DNA of 64,000 nucleotides. Source: Polyangiaceae bacterium (GTDB lineage: Bacteria; Myxococcota_A; Polyangia; Polyangiales; Polyangiaceae). The stretch lies in contig JBNKBE010000005.1 in NCBI GenBank assembly GCA_050287085.1, positions 228,740 to 292,739 of the forward strand, written 5' to 3'. Numbering within the stretch: position 1 is the first letter of the stretch; each line of letters starts with the position of its first letter. Positions 1-10,236 of this stretch are shown here, piece after piece. The notes beneath the pieces are model-generated. The model did no database searches. It was given only the letters and a program-made list of their open reading frames with translations, and was not told the DNA's origin. A program made the translations under genes and the position numbers.

Positions 1-2
1 AG

Positions 3-1061
3 TACCGCACCGCGCTGCCCACCACAGACGACATCACCGCCCCCACAGTGGGCGACGAGGCAGATCCCAACGCCCTCACCCTCGAGGGCGACGCTGAATT
101 GGCAAAGCTTGCCGCCCGCTCCGCGCGCGACATCAATCGACCGGCGCGCCTGCTCGTCGCTACCTTGAAAGTCCTCACCCAGACGCCGCCATCTCACTAC
201 GACGAGGCAGAAGGAACGTTCACCTGGGGGCCGTGGAAGAACGAAGAGGGCTACGGAAGCGTCGTTGCCTTCATCAAGAAGGCGGATCGAGATGCGGACT
301 TCGAGTATGAATACGGTCTGGTTCGCCTAGCGGACGATGAGGGCAGCCGCACTCCGGTAATCTGGGGGGGAGCTACGCCCAGCGCGGACGACGTCGCCCG
401 CGGCACGGGCGTCGCGTTGTGGGACTTCGAAGCCAACTGGAGTTTCGAAAAGACCTACGATCCGGAATTCGACGCGGAGACCCCTCACGACCGCGGACGT
501 TTCGTAACGCTGTTCGGCAGAGGCGAGAACGATGAAGGGCGCTACCGCTTCAACGTGGCTGTCTTCCGGAACTTCACCTCCAAAGACGCAGAGCCCGACG
601 CCGGCCCTGTTGACCTTGAATACTACTACGGGCACTTCCGCTCTGACTCCGGCGACGTGCTCGACTTCGTCGATTGGGATCTGAGCGCAAACCTCTGTGG
701 AAGCACTCCGGAAGCCTGCTTCGAGAACGCCACGGCAAGCGACCTCGAAACGGGCAAAGCAGAAACACTATCCCTCAGCGCAGCGTTCGCCAACCGACGC
801 CAAGGACGCGCAGAAGCCACCATCAGCGGCGGAGATCTGGACGAAGCGGTCGATGCAATCGAATGCTGGAACCGCCTGCTCGGCAGGACCTATCTTTCAT
901 ATGCGGTCGATGGGACTCCGATCGCAGCGCAGGGTGCCTGCGCTGCGCCCTTTGACCTGACGCTTGCCGAGCTGGGCATTCCAACCCTCGACGACATAGA
1001 TCCGGAGATTCTCGCGAAAATGGATTGTGCAGCCACGAACGGCGCGGTCTGCACGGATTGA
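3..1061 (+). CDS. Hypothetical secreted/lipoprotein, 5'-truncated by the window edge
   Basis: Frame is open from base 3 through the listed GTG at 48 to TGA 1061; acidic protein with paired Cys near the C-terminus; no family recognised. Confidence 0.7.
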   Translation, partial: YRTALPTTDDITAPTVGDEADPNALTLEGDAELAKLAARSARDINRPARLLVATLKVLTQTPPSHYDEAEGTFTWGPWKNEEGYGSVVAFIKKADRDADFEYEYGLVRLADDEGSRTPVIWGGATPSADDVARGTGVALWDFEANWSFEKTYDPEFDAETPHDRGRFVTLFGRGENDEGRYRFNVAVFRNFTSKDAEPDAGPVDLEYYYGHFRSDSGDVLDFVDWDLSANLCGSTPEACFENATASDLETGKAETLSLSAAFANRRQGRAEATISGGDLDEAVDAIECWNRLLGRTYLSYAVDGTPIAAQGACAAPFDLTLAELGIPTLDDIDPEILAKMDCAATNGAVCTD

Positions 1062-1085
1062 CGCTCCGACGTCCTGCCAAGATGG

Positions 1086-2609
1086 TTATCCCCGGCGCGG
1101 CAGCCGCACAAGAAAACACGCGCCGGGCTCGCCCGTGGCCTCAAACCTAGCGCTACCGCCATGACCTTCCGCTACCGCCTTGACGATGGCCAGCCCGAGA
1201 CCCGTCCCGTTGTCACCATCGGTAGTAAAGAAGCGTTCAAATAGGCGAGCCCGGTGGGCAAGCGGGACCCCAGGACCGCGATCACGTACGCTCACCTCGA
1301 ACCAAGAGCTGGCCCCGTCGCCCCCCACTGGATCCCACACAATCCGCAGCCCCACCACGACCTCACACCCCACGGGAGAGAAACGCACCGCGTTGTCCAG
1401 CAAGTTGGAAAAGGCCGTTGCCAGCTCCGCCTTTCGTCCGCAATAAGTCGCATCTCCGACCGTTGTGCTGCAAGTGACGCGCACATCGGGGGTTGCCGCC
1501 CGTTCGCATAGGGAGCGCAGCAATTCCGCAAGCTCGATCCACTCTGAAGCTTCGCTCGAGTTCTCCAGTCGACTGAGCTCCAGCAACCGACTCACCAAGT
1601 GGTCAAGTCGTTCCGCATCCTGCTCGATATTGGCCACAAAACGAGCGCGCGCCGCCGGGTCGTCCGCCGCGCCCTGAGTCAGAAGCTCGGCGGCACCGCG
1701 GAGCGACGTGAGCGGGGATTTGAATCCGTGTGCCACATCCGCCGCAAACGTGCGTGTATCGTGCAGGCGCCGTTCTAGCCGTTCCATCATCTTGGAAAAT
1801 GCGTCGCCAAGGGCACGGATCTCAGCCGCGCCAGAAACGTCCACCCGAAGCCCCACCTCACCCCCTGCGATGCGATGCGCGATGTGCGCTAGACGCTGGA
1901 GCGGGCGCGTTATCGTCAGCGCGAAGAACCCCGTGAGCAATGTGGTCAGGGCTAGAGCCACGAGCAAAATGGTCTGCAGCCCGGAGCGAATCCGATACAA
2001 CTCCCCCATAACCGGTCTCGTGGAGCGCGTGACGTACACAACGCCCACAACCTTTCCCGCTCCGGCAAACACGGGTTCCGCGAGAAAAAGCACCACGCTC
2101 GGGGTCTGAGCCCGCACGCGAGTAAACGAGCTGCGTTCCCCTCGAAGCGCCCGCATCACTTCAACGCGCTGCTCGACTGGAGGCCAGCGAGGGCGCTTAC
2201 CCAAACGCAACGACGCGCCCGGCAAATAGCCCGGCGCTTCCGACTCAGGACCCTCCGGCGGTCCCGCGTGATGACTGTCGGCCACAAGCTGCCCTCGAAC
2301 GTCGACAATGCGCACCCGCGTGCGGGTATCGCGCGCCGCACTCTCCAGAGCGCGTTCTACGGCAACGGCACTCTCACGATGGGCAACCGCGCGCTGTCCG
2401 TCGAAAACCGCACCGAGCCGGTTGTCCATTTCGATGAAGCGGCGCACCAGCTGCGCTTGGTGTCGCATGTCCCGCTCCAGCGACGAGAGCAACTCTCGCT
2501 CAAAGGTTCGAGCAAATTCGAGACCAAAAACAGGCACGAGCAACACCAATGCGTTGACCGCCAACAAGCGCACGTGGAGACTGGAGAAGAAGCGCCTCAC
2601 TCCGAACAT
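1086..2609 (-). CDS. Membrane sensor histidine kinase (HAMP-HisKA-HATPase, CreC/ChvG-like)
   Basis: Two TM segments, HAMP, H-box ADVAHGFKSPLTSLRG, N-box NLLDNAVRFS, G boxes DRGPG and GTGLGLAIV. Confidence 0.93.
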   Translation of the reverse strand: MFGVRRFFSSLHVRLLAVNALVLLVPVFGLEFARTFERELLSSLERDMRHQAQLVRRFIEMDNRLGAVFDGQRAVAHRESAVAVERALESAARDTRTRVRIVDVRGQLVADSHHAGPPEGPESEAPGYLPGASLRLGKRPRWPPVEQRVEVMRALRGERSSFTRVRAQTPSVVLFLAEPVFAGAGKVVGVVYVTRSTRPVMGELYRIRSGLQTILLVALALTTLLTGFFALTITRPLQRLAHIAHRIAGGEVGLRVDVSGAAEIRALGDAFSKMMERLERRLHDTRTFAADVAHGFKSPLTSLRGAAELLTQGAADDPAARARFVANIEQDAERLDHLVSRLLELSRLENSSEASEWIELAELLRSLCERAATPDVRVTCSTTVGDATYCGRKAELATAFSNLLDNAVRFSPVGCEVVVGLRIVWDPVGGDGASSWFEVSVRDRGPGVPLAHRARLFERFFTTDGDNGTGLGLAIVKAVAEGHGGSARFEATGEPGACFLVRLPRRG

Positions 2610-3304
2610 GATGCCGCAACCAACTTGTATCCGACGCCGTGCACCGTCGCGATCGGTGAAAGCCCGTGCTCGAGCAGCTTGGCCCGAATGCGCCGAACAT
2701 GAGTGTCAACCGTTCGCTCGGTGACGTAGGAGTCATCGCTGCGTGCAGCCCGCATCAACTGAGGTCTTTCATAGACCATATCAGGTCGCCGCATCAGCGC
2801 CCGGAGTATCAAGAACTCTGTGTGCGTCAGATGAACTACGTCACTACCGACAACCACTTCGTGGCGCCCCGCGTCGAGGCACAGACGACCGATCAGGATC
2901 TGGCCCGTTGCGCTGCCCTCTGTTTTGGCACTCCGAACGGCTCGTCGCAGCACGGCCTTGACCCGTGCGGTCAGCTCGCGCGTACCAAAGGGTTTGCTCA
3001 AGTAGTCGTCAGCCCCAAGCTCCAAGCCTACAACGCGATCGATTTCATCACTACGCGCCGATAGAAAAAGTACCGGCGCCTGCCCCGTACTCGTCAACTC
3101 CCGGCAATACTCAAGGCCGCTCTCGCCTGGCAGCATGATATCCAGGACAACCAAGTCTGCGGGCTCTTGGGCCAAGAGCACACGCGCGTTCGCGACCGAA
3201 GTCGCCGTTCGAACAGTATAGCCCTCGCGCACGAGGGCGTACTCCACCACTTCGCGAATGCGTCGCTCGTCATCGACCACCAGAATGTTGGCGTGGCCGT
3301 TCAT
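2597..3304 (-). CDS. OmpR-family response regulator
   Basis: ILVVDDE, LVVLDIMLPG, GADDYLSKPF, winged-helix RTVDTHVRRIRAKL...TVHGVGYK; overlaps the kinase start; ATG 3304 chosen as start. Confidence 0.95.
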   Translation of the reverse strand: MNGHANILVVDDERRIREVVEYALVREGYTVRTATSVANARVLLAQEPADLVVLDIMLPGESGLEYCRELTSTGQAPVLFLSARSDEIDRVVGLELGADDYLSKPFGTRELTARVKAVLRRAVRSAKTEGSATGQILIGRLCLDAGRHEVVVGSDVVHLTHTEFLILRALMRRPDMVYERPQLMRAARSDDSYVTERTVDTHVRRIRAKLLEHGLSPIATVHGVGYKLVAASCSE

Positions 3305-3398
3305 CGGCCTCCCCACGCTCCATCGGCTTCGTCGATTATTCGGCACGAGCCCTCCTCGTCGCTGACGCGACGGCGCGAAGGCGTCTTGAAGTAGAAAG

Positions 3399-4139
3399 CT
3401 AGCGTGGACATGCCGGAGCCGAGGATAGCAGATGTGAAGACGACTTGTCGTCGTGCTGCACAGGCCGCTCCGCCGCGAGGGGCTCGCGACACGGTAGCGC
3501 TCCTACTTCCAGGCGGAAAAGCTCCTCGAAGGCCTCAACTTGTGCCCCGAGCTCACCCGCTGCTTCGCGAGCTTGCGCCGCCGGTTGACCGCTGTAGCGG
3601 GCCAAAAGGAGCTGGACGTGCAAGGATTCTGCAAGCTGGAGCAGCTCGACTAAGAGCCGTTCGTCCCGAACCAAAACAGTACGCAGTCGCAAGAGGTTGT
3701 GCTCACGCCGTCCGGTCGCATTGGCCTCTTCCCCGGGGGTAGTCCCCGCCGAGGCAGGGCCGAGCCCGGTGAGCAGCCGGCGAAGCTCGGCACAACGACT
3801 CTCCACGGCGCGGGCCGCCGCGGTCACACCTGCCACGAGGGCTGACGGCACCAAGCTGTTGAGCTCGGTACCAGCGACCGCTGCTCGCGCTTCCTCAAGC
3901 ACCTTCTGAATACGCTCGGAGTAGGTCGAAACCGTGCTTGCTGCTCTGCCCTCTTGCCCTTCGGCCCAGGCGACAGGCGCCCACAGCGGCCAAACGGTCA
4001 ACATGAGCAACATTCGACCGAGCCACGCCAGACGCCCCTGTAGCCCACTGTTCCGCTCGGCTCCGGCTCGACGCTGCATAAGCCCGAAAAGCGCCAACCC
4101 GAGCGAGGAATAGGCGCCCATCACCCAGTAGAACGTCAT
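3399..4139 (-). CDS. Hypothetical membrane-anchored helical protein
   Basis: N-terminal hydrophobic segments then helical region; 2 bp from the upstream gene, same strand. Confidence 0.65.
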   Translation of the reverse strand: MTFYWVMGAYSSLGLALFGLMQRRAGAERNSGLQGRLAWLGRMLLMLTVWPLWAPVAWAEGQEGRAASTVSTYSERIQKVLEEARAAVAGTELNSLVPSALVAGVTAAARAVESRCAELRRLLTGLGPASAGTTPGEEANATGRREHNLLRLRTVLVRDERLLVELLQLAESLHVQLLLARYSGQPAAQAREAAGELGAQVEAFEELFRLEVGALPCREPLAAERPVQHDDKSSSHLLSSAPACPR

Positions 4140-4141
4140 GG

Positions 4142-4828
4142 CTATCGCTCCGAATTGTAAATGCCGCGAGCAGAACGCGAAGTATCACTCAATGATCCCA
4201 GAAAGGTGCCTTCGGGACTGCGAAACCAAGGCACCGAGGCCTGAGCGGGTCGCCCAACAAAGGGTCGTAGACTCCAAGCGCTCTGGCCCACAACGAAGAA
4301 GAGCAGCAACCCGTAGGCCAATACGGTGGCGACAGAACGCCCACCATGCCGGAGTCCACGTAGCAATACTCCGAGCGCAAACAAGCCGGATAAGGAGAAC
4401 AGAACGATCGCCGAAAGCATCACTTGATGATAGGCCCGCTCCATACCCACGAGAGACTCCGGAATCAGCCATAACACAGGCGACAGCGCCATCAATACAA
4501 GGGACGCTCGCGCACTCGCAGCAAGTGTCAGAGCAACCAGGTACCGCAAGGTATGGCCGCGACCGAAGAGCGCGCTCAGCATGTACAACGCTGGAACAGA
4601 AATGCACAGAGCCAACACCCAGATCAGGGGCAACTTGACCCCGGCCATCAATGCCTGCGTCAGACCACGCGTGCTGCCCAGCACCAGACCGAAGCTGCCG
4701 GAGCCGACTACGATGCTCGCCAGAGCTGTTGCGGCAAGCGTGGACAGGCCCTGGCTCTGGCTGCAACGTTGAGCCAACCGCTCGGGTTCACCCACAAGCC
4801 ACGCCACGTTGACAAATGGAGCGCTCAC
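4142..4828 (-). CDS. Hypothetical multi-pass membrane protein
   Basis: About 5 TM segments, QSAWSLRPFVG motif; GTG 4828 overlaps the TGA of the upstream gene (GTGA coupling). Confidence 0.7.
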   Translation of the reverse strand: MSAPFVNVAWLVGEPERLAQRCSQSQGLSTLAATALASIVVGSGSFGLVLGSTRGLTQALMAGVKLPLIWVLALCISVPALYMLSALFGRGHTLRYLVALTLAASARASLVLMALSPVLWLIPESLVGMERAYHQVMLSAIVLFSLSGLFALGVLLRGLRHGGRSVATVLAYGLLLFFVVGQSAWSLRPFVGRPAQASVPWFRSPEGTFLGSLSDTSRSARGIYNSER

Positions 4829-5487
4829 AGTAGCACCCCGCGCTGCAGCTTGGTCCAAGCATATCCGCCCATGACCATGAGATAGATGAAATGCACAGCC
4901 ACAGCTAGCCCAGCGCGGGACCATGGCGAGCGAAGGGCACCCCATACGTCGAGACTCAACTGCAAGGCGCCCCCGAGACAGGCAGCTCCGTAGAGCAGAA
5001 CCCCAACCTGGAAGATCCAACAGAAAGCTGCCCCCGTGAACGCATACAGGCCGAGCACCAGGGCGAGGGCAGACAGAACTGCCCCAATCCACGCATAGGA
5101 GCGGCAGATTGCCCCGTGGAGCCGGCGCAGGGTGAGCCCATCCCCGAGAAGTGCCAGAACGAGCCAAAGCGCCGGTGTGGTCAACAACGGCGCCACGACT
5201 GTTGCCACGGGCCATACCAAGACTTCAAGCACAAGCCTGACTACCCCGGGCGCCTCGTGGGTGCGGACGACGGAACCGGTCGTGGCTAGGCCGAACGCCG
5301 TTAGACCCAAAACCCCCAACAAGACGCGCGCCCGATCGTGCTCCGAGGCGTCCTTCGCGAGGCACGCGCCCACCCAACTCTGCGATGGCCAGGCCCCCTC
5401 CTCCGAGGAATCGCTAGGCTCAGGCGATCCTTCTGGAGCGGACGCCGCCGAGACGCCGGGTACCAACGGTTCAAGACATGTCTCCAT
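4825..5487 (-). CDS. Hypothetical multi-pass membrane protein (Yip1-like topology)
   Basis: About 5 hydrophobic segments; start at ATG 5487 is a judgement. Confidence 0.6.
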   Translation of the reverse strand: METCLEPLVPGVSAASAPEGSPEPSDSSEEGAWPSQSWVGACLAKDASEHDRARVLLGVLGLTAFGLATTGSVVRTHEAPGVVRLVLEVLVWPVATVVAPLLTTPALWLVLALLGDGLTLRRLHGAICRSYAWIGAVLSALALVLGLYAFTGAAFCWIFQVGVLLYGAACLGGALQLSLDVWGALRSPWSRAGLAVAVHFIYLMVMGGYAWTKLQRGVLL

Positions 5488-5731
5488 AACTCTCCTCATC
5501 AATGAAAGGCAGCCGCTCAAGCGCACGCGCCCGAAGTTGTCTGCCTGCGATGGGGTGCACACTACGGGACGTCCGTGGCGGTCCAGAGTGCGTGCCAAGG
5601 AGATGTTCCGGAGAAATTGTGGCGAAATTGTGGCGGCCACTACCCAGCCCCAGAACGGCGCCGAGCGGACGAATGCACGCACAAATCAGTAGCGCTTCAA
5701 TCGCCCTTAATCGCGTACTATCAGCCTTGCC

Positions 5732-7075
5732 ATGAGCACGCCGCCAGGTCTTCATCCTTTGGAGCTACTTCAGCTGCGCTCGCTCCGCCACTTGAGCGAT
5801 CGCCTTTCGGGTCTCGTCCGCCAGCGCCTGTGGATGCAGGTACTGCTCGGGATGCTCATCGGCATCGGGGCCGGCGCTCTCCTCGGGCCCACCACCGGCT
5901 GGGTCGAGCCCGGCACCTCGCGGCTGCTGGGCAGTTGGCTCGCACTGCCGGGACAGGTCTTTCTTGGACTAATCCAGATGATCGTGGTCCCGCTGGTATT
6001 CGCCTCCGTCATTCGTGGCCTAGCGGCCACGGAAAACCTCGAACAACTGCGCACCACAGGACTGCGAGCCGTCGGCTTCTTCGTAGGCACGACTACGCTG
6101 TCGATCACGCTCGGGATCGGGCTAGCGCTGTGGCTGGAGCCGGGCACCACACTTGGGGCCGATCTCACCTCGTCGCTCGCGGCTGCAGAGCTGGCTCCGA
6201 CACAGCCCGTTCTCATGAACGAAGTCCACCGTTCACTTCCCGACACCATCGTCGGCGTGCTCCCCACCAACCCCCTCGGGTCTATGGTGAAGCTTGAAAT
6301 GCTGCAGGTCGTACTCTTCGCAGCCATCATGGGCATGGCGCTCGTATCGATGGCGCCGGAGCAGTCGCGTCCCCTCCTGGACCTGCTGGGCTCGCTACAA
6401 GAGGTCAGCATGACGGTCGTCAAGTGGAGTATGCGACTTGCTCCCGTGGCGGTCTTTGGCCTGATGGCGCGGCTATCACTGCAGCTCGGACCAAGAGCTC
6501 TACTGGGGATGAGCGCCTATGTCGGCACGGTGTTGCTCGGGTTGCTTCTGACGATGGGGGGGTATCTAGTCATTCTCCGTCTATTCTCGTCGCTTCGCCC
6601 GCTGACGTTTCTGCGCGGAGTGCGTGAACTGCTCTTGCTCGCCTTCTCCACGTCCAGCTCTGCAGCCGTGATGCCGCTGTCGATTCGCACCGCCGAAGAC
6701 AAGCTCGGCGTGAAGGCCTCCGTTTCGCAGTTCATCATCCCCTTGGGAGCCACGATCAACATGAATGGCACAGCCCTTTATCAAGGCGTGGCCACCGTAT
6801 TCTTGGCGCAGGTCTACCACGTTGAGATGGACACCGCGCGGCTCGCGTTGGTCGTGCTCACCGCGGTGGCGGCTTCCATTGGCTCCCCAGCGACTCCAGG
6901 CGTGGGCATCGTCATCCTCGCCATGGTGTTGCGCTCGGCGGGCGTACCGGCCTCCGGCATTGGTCTTCTCATCGGCGTAGACCGCATTCTCGACATGAGC
7001 CGCACGGCGGTAAACGTCGCCGGAGATCTGGTTGCGGCGGTACTGCTGGGTCGCCCCCGAACGCCGTCGCGCTAG
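5732..7075 (+). CDS. Dicarboxylate/amino acid:cation symporter (DAACS, GltP-like)
   Basis: AFSTSSSAAVMP, PLGATINMNGTALY, GVDRILDMSRTAVNVAGD signature motifs. Confidence 0.95.
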   Translation: MSTPPGLHPLELLQLRSLRHLSDRLSGLVRQRLWMQVLLGMLIGIGAGALLGPTTGWVEPGTSRLLGSWLALPGQVFLGLIQMIVVPLVFASVIRGLAATENLEQLRTTGLRAVGFFVGTTTLSITLGIGLALWLEPGTTLGADLTSSLAAAELAPTQPVLMNEVHRSLPDTIVGVLPTNPLGSMVKLEMLQVVLFAAIMGMALVSMAPEQSRPLLDLLGSLQEVSMTVVKWSMRLAPVAVFGLMARLSLQLGPRALLGMSAYVGTVLLGLLLTMGGYLVILRLFSSLRPLTFLRGVRELLLLAFSTSSSAAVMPLSIRTAEDKLGVKASVSQFIIPLGATINMNGTALYQGVATVFLAQVYHVEMDTARLALVVLTAVAASIGSPATPGVGIVILAMVLRSAGVPASGIGLLIGVDRILDMSRTAVNVAGDLVAAVLLGRPRTPSR

Positions 7076-7304
7076 AACGAGTGCGAGTTCTGGCATCAGC
7101 ATCGGCACAGCGCCCGCCACCTGTTGACTCGTGACCGGCCTTGGGTGGTGGCGCCGCCCACATTCACGATGCGCCAAACGGCGAGGTGAAAACAGGCGCA
7201 ACCGGCCGACGGCCCCGCGTCGGCAAGGCCCTTTACGCCTCGCATGACCCGTGTACTCTGACCCCAGGGAGAACAACGATTCCCATACGGAAGGAAGACT
7301 GTCG

Positions 7305-8396
7305 ATGGCCGAGGAACACGCGAGGGGATGGAGACTAGAAGCGAGGCATGCGGCGCGACTAGGAGGCGTGCTTTCTTGGGTGCTGCTCGGCTGCAGTCAC
7401 AGCCAGCCAGAGGCCGCAGCGCCGGCGGCGACGAGCACTGCCGCGCCGCTGCCCACCGCCAGCGCGGTGCCTTCGCCCGGCGCGGTGCCTTCCGCCAGCG
7501 CCACTTCCTCACTGCCCACCGTCACCACCCGGCCTCCGCCTCCTCCCAAGTGGAAGAACGCGGCTCTGCTGAGCTCCTACCAGAAGTTCTTGGACGCAGC
7601 CGAACGCAGCGCGGACGACCGAGCGCTCGACGCCGGACGCAAACCGGCTGAACTCCTGGCTTTTGCGGGGGTGGAACCTGGAATGCAGGTGGCAGAGCTT
7701 GCCGCTGGCTCCGGCTACACAGCAGAGATCTTAGCCCGCGTGGTCGGGCCATTTGGCAAAGTCTACGGGGAGAATCCGCGATGGGTGCTCGACCGCTTCG
7801 CACAAGCGCCGTGGACAGAGCGCTTGCAGAAAGACGTGATGCGCAATGTGGTGCGCGTCGACGCTGAAATGGACGATCCACTTCCCGGCGTGCCTCAGCT
7901 CGATATCGTATTCCTCATCATGTTCTACCACGACAGTGTGTGGGCTGGGGTTGACCGGCCTAAGATGAACACCAACATCTTCAAAGCCCTCAAACCGGGT
8001 GGCAAGTTCATCGTGGTCGATCATAGCTCGGCGCCCGGCGCCGGAACCAGCGCAGCTCAGTCCCTACACCGCATCGAGGAACCAGTGGTGGTGAGCGAAG
8101 TCCAGGCGGCGGGCTTCCAGCTGACGGACAGCGCAGACTTTCTGCGCAACCCGGACGACGCCCGTGACTGGAACGCGGCGCCGAGCACGGCAGGCGGCCG
8201 ACGTGGAACGAGCGATCGCTTCGTGCTGCGTTTCACGAAACCAGCGACGCCCGTAGCATCCGAAACGCCCCCTTCAGTCGCGCCGCATGCGAGCGCCTTG
8301 CCCGCCGAGCCAGCGCCTGCCCCGAGCTCAGCTGCGCCCCAGGGTGCTATCCACGCCCCAGCGGCCCCTTCGGCTCAGCCCGGCTTGACTCCCTGA
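7305..8396 (+). CDS. Predicted SAM-dependent methyltransferase, lipoprotein with Pro/Ala linkers
   Basis: Lipobox VLLGC; DAGRKPAELLAFAGVEPGMQVAELAAGSGY; LKPGGKFIVVDH; TSDRFVLRFTKP. Confidence 0.85.
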   Translation: MAEEHARGWRLEARHAARLGGVLSWVLLGCSHSQPEAAAPAATSTAAPLPTASAVPSPGAVPSASATSSLPTVTTRPPPPPKWKNAALLSSYQKFLDAAERSADDRALDAGRKPAELLAFAGVEPGMQVAELAAGSGYTAEILARVVGPFGKVYGENPRWVLDRFAQAPWTERLQKDVMRNVVRVDAEMDDPLPGVPQLDIVFLIMFYHDSVWAGVDRPKMNTNIFKALKPGGKFIVVDHSSAPGAGTSAAQSLHRIEEPVVVSEVQAAGFQLTDSADFLRNPDDARDWNAAPSTAGGRRGTSDRFVLRFTKPATPVASETPPSVAPHASALPAEPAPAPSSAAPQGAIHAPAAPSAQPGLTP

Positions 8397-8399
8397 GAC

Positions 8400-9119
8400 A
8401 TGGTGCGACCGGAAGCAGCCCACTCGCCGCCAGCGCTGGAGGTGTGTGATCTAATACTGCTTGCCGGCACGCGCCCTTTGGGCGCGCCTCTCAGCTTTGC
8501 TCTAGCTCCGGGCTCATGGCTCGGTGTGACGGGCCCCTCGGGCGCCGGTAAAAGTACGCTGCTCCGCACAATCGCCAGACTTGTTCCCGCGGGCGGTGGC
8601 CAACTGAGACTGAACGGTCGAAGTGCCAATGCAATTGCCCCCGCCACGTGGCGACGCCAGGTTGCCTACGTGCCGCAGCACCCACCCGCTCTGCCCAGCT
8701 CTGCCGCAGATTTCAGTCGCTCGATAGCGAGTCTCGCGAGCCAGAAGCACGCGCCGCAAGCGCTACTGCGCAGCGCACTTGCGCTGGGTGAGCAATTTCA
8801 CCTCAAATCTGCCGCGTTTGAAATGCCCTTTTCGTCGCTATCGGGAGGCGAGCGGCAGCGGGCATACCTGGCCCTCGTCCTCGCTACCGAGCCTGAGCTA
8901 CTGCTTCTGGATGAGCCCACAAGCGCACTCGACGACCGCACGCGAAGCGCAGTGGAGGAAAGGCTCTTGCCCCGCTGCGGGCTGCTGATAAGCCACGATC
9001 TGCGGCAGCTAGATCGTCTGGCGGAGCATGTGCTTACGCTTTCCTTGCCCCAGAGCAGTCGCCCCACCGCGGCGGCCGCACGCTCCGGTCATGAAGCAGC
9101 GGGCGAGGTCGCCGAGTGA
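8400..9119 (+). CDS. ABC transporter ATP-binding protein (FetA/YbbL-like)
   Basis: Walker A GPSGAGKS, LSGGERQR, LLLLDEPTSALD; coupled to a UPF0014 permease. Confidence 0.9.
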   Translation: MVRPEAAHSPPALEVCDLILLAGTRPLGAPLSFALAPGSWLGVTGPSGAGKSTLLRTIARLVPAGGGQLRLNGRSANAIAPATWRRQVAYVPQHPPALPSSAADFSRSIASLASQKHAPQALLRSALALGEQFHLKSAAFEMPFSSLSGGERQRAYLALVLATEPELLLLDEPTSALDDRTRSAVEERLLPRCGLLISHDLRQLDRLAEHVLTLSLPQSSRPTAAAARSGHEAAGEVAE

Positions 9120-9925
9120 ACACCCCCGGCCCGGCGCCCCTATCTTCATTGCAGCTGGGGATCGCTTCTCTGCTCCTACTGCTCAACGCTGCGCTTTCAG
9201 TTCGCTTTCAGTTGGGGATCGGTAAGCGACTGCTGACTGCGGCCGTGCGTACTGTCGTCCAACTGACGCTGCTCGGCTACATATTGGTTCCGGTCTTCGC
9301 CACTCACAATCTCTGGCTCACCCTAGGACTCGGCCTTCTGATGGTAGCACTGGCGGCTCGCGAAGTGCTGTCGCGAGGAAAACTGAGCTACCGCGGCGCT
9401 CCAATCGACAGCCTGATAGCCCTGTCGTTTGCGGCGGCGGTCTCTCTTTTTGTCGGCACGCAGTGTGTGATCCAGCTCGAACCTTGGTGGCAGCCGCGCT
9501 ACTTCATTCCGCTCTTAGGAATGATTCTGGGCAATACGCTCACCGGTATGACGCTCGGTTTGGGCCGCTGTCTGGCGCAGATGCAAAGCTCTGCGCCCAC
9601 CGTGGAGTCTCTGCTCGCCCTCGGAGCGACGCCTTGGGAGGCGTCGCGAAGCGTGGTTCAAGACGCGCTCCGCACTGGCCTCATCCCCATCATCAACAGC
9701 ATGAGCGTGGTTGGCCTGGTAACAATTCCGGGAATGATGACCGGACAGCTGCTAGGTGGTACGGCGCCGGCGCTGGCCGCGCGCTACCAAATCATGATCA
9801 TGTTCTTGATCGCGGGCTCGACCGCCATCGGCGTCACGGGGGCGGTCCTACTCGCGGCACGGCGCCTATTCGACTCCGAGGCCCGTCTCCGCATTGAGCG
9901 CCTGGCGGAGCGCCAAGAAGCTTAG
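9116..9925 (+). CDS. fetB: FetB/YbbM (UPF0014) ABC permease
   Basis: AVRTVVQLTLLGYIL, PRYFIPLLGMILGN, VGLVTIPGMMTGQLLGG, ARYQIMIMFLI. Confidence 0.88.
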   Translation: MNTPGPAPLSSLQLGIASLLLLLNAALSVRFQLGIGKRLLTAAVRTVVQLTLLGYILVPVFATHNLWLTLGLGLLMVALAAREVLSRGKLSYRGAPIDSLIALSFAAAVSLFVGTQCVIQLEPWWQPRYFIPLLGMILGNTLTGMTLGLGRCLAQMQSSAPTVESLLALGATPWEASRSVVQDALRTGLIPIINSMSVVGLVTIPGMMTGQLLGGTAPALAARYQIMIMFLIAGSTAIGVTGAVLLAARRLFDSEARLRIERLAERQEA

Positions 9926-10236
9926 TGCGCAGTGCCACTGGTAGGAACGCCACTAGGAACGCCACGCTTTCCGAGCGCGGGCGGCGCCCTGGGTGGGCAG
10001 TCTCGACCGATCTGTAAAGTAAGATGAACGCAGGGCGCGCCGCGATCTGACCAATCGAGTTGACAACACCACCATGCCAGGCCGTCAATCCCCGCCGCAG
10101 GTGACGGCACAAGACTTGCTGCTCCCCCATTATCCGCTGACCCCTTGTCAGCGCCGCGGCGGCTCTGCCGACGCCCCTGCGCCCCGAAAGCCCTTGCTTC
10201 GCCGGCGCGTTCACCTCCCCCAAGCCTTGGAGCATC

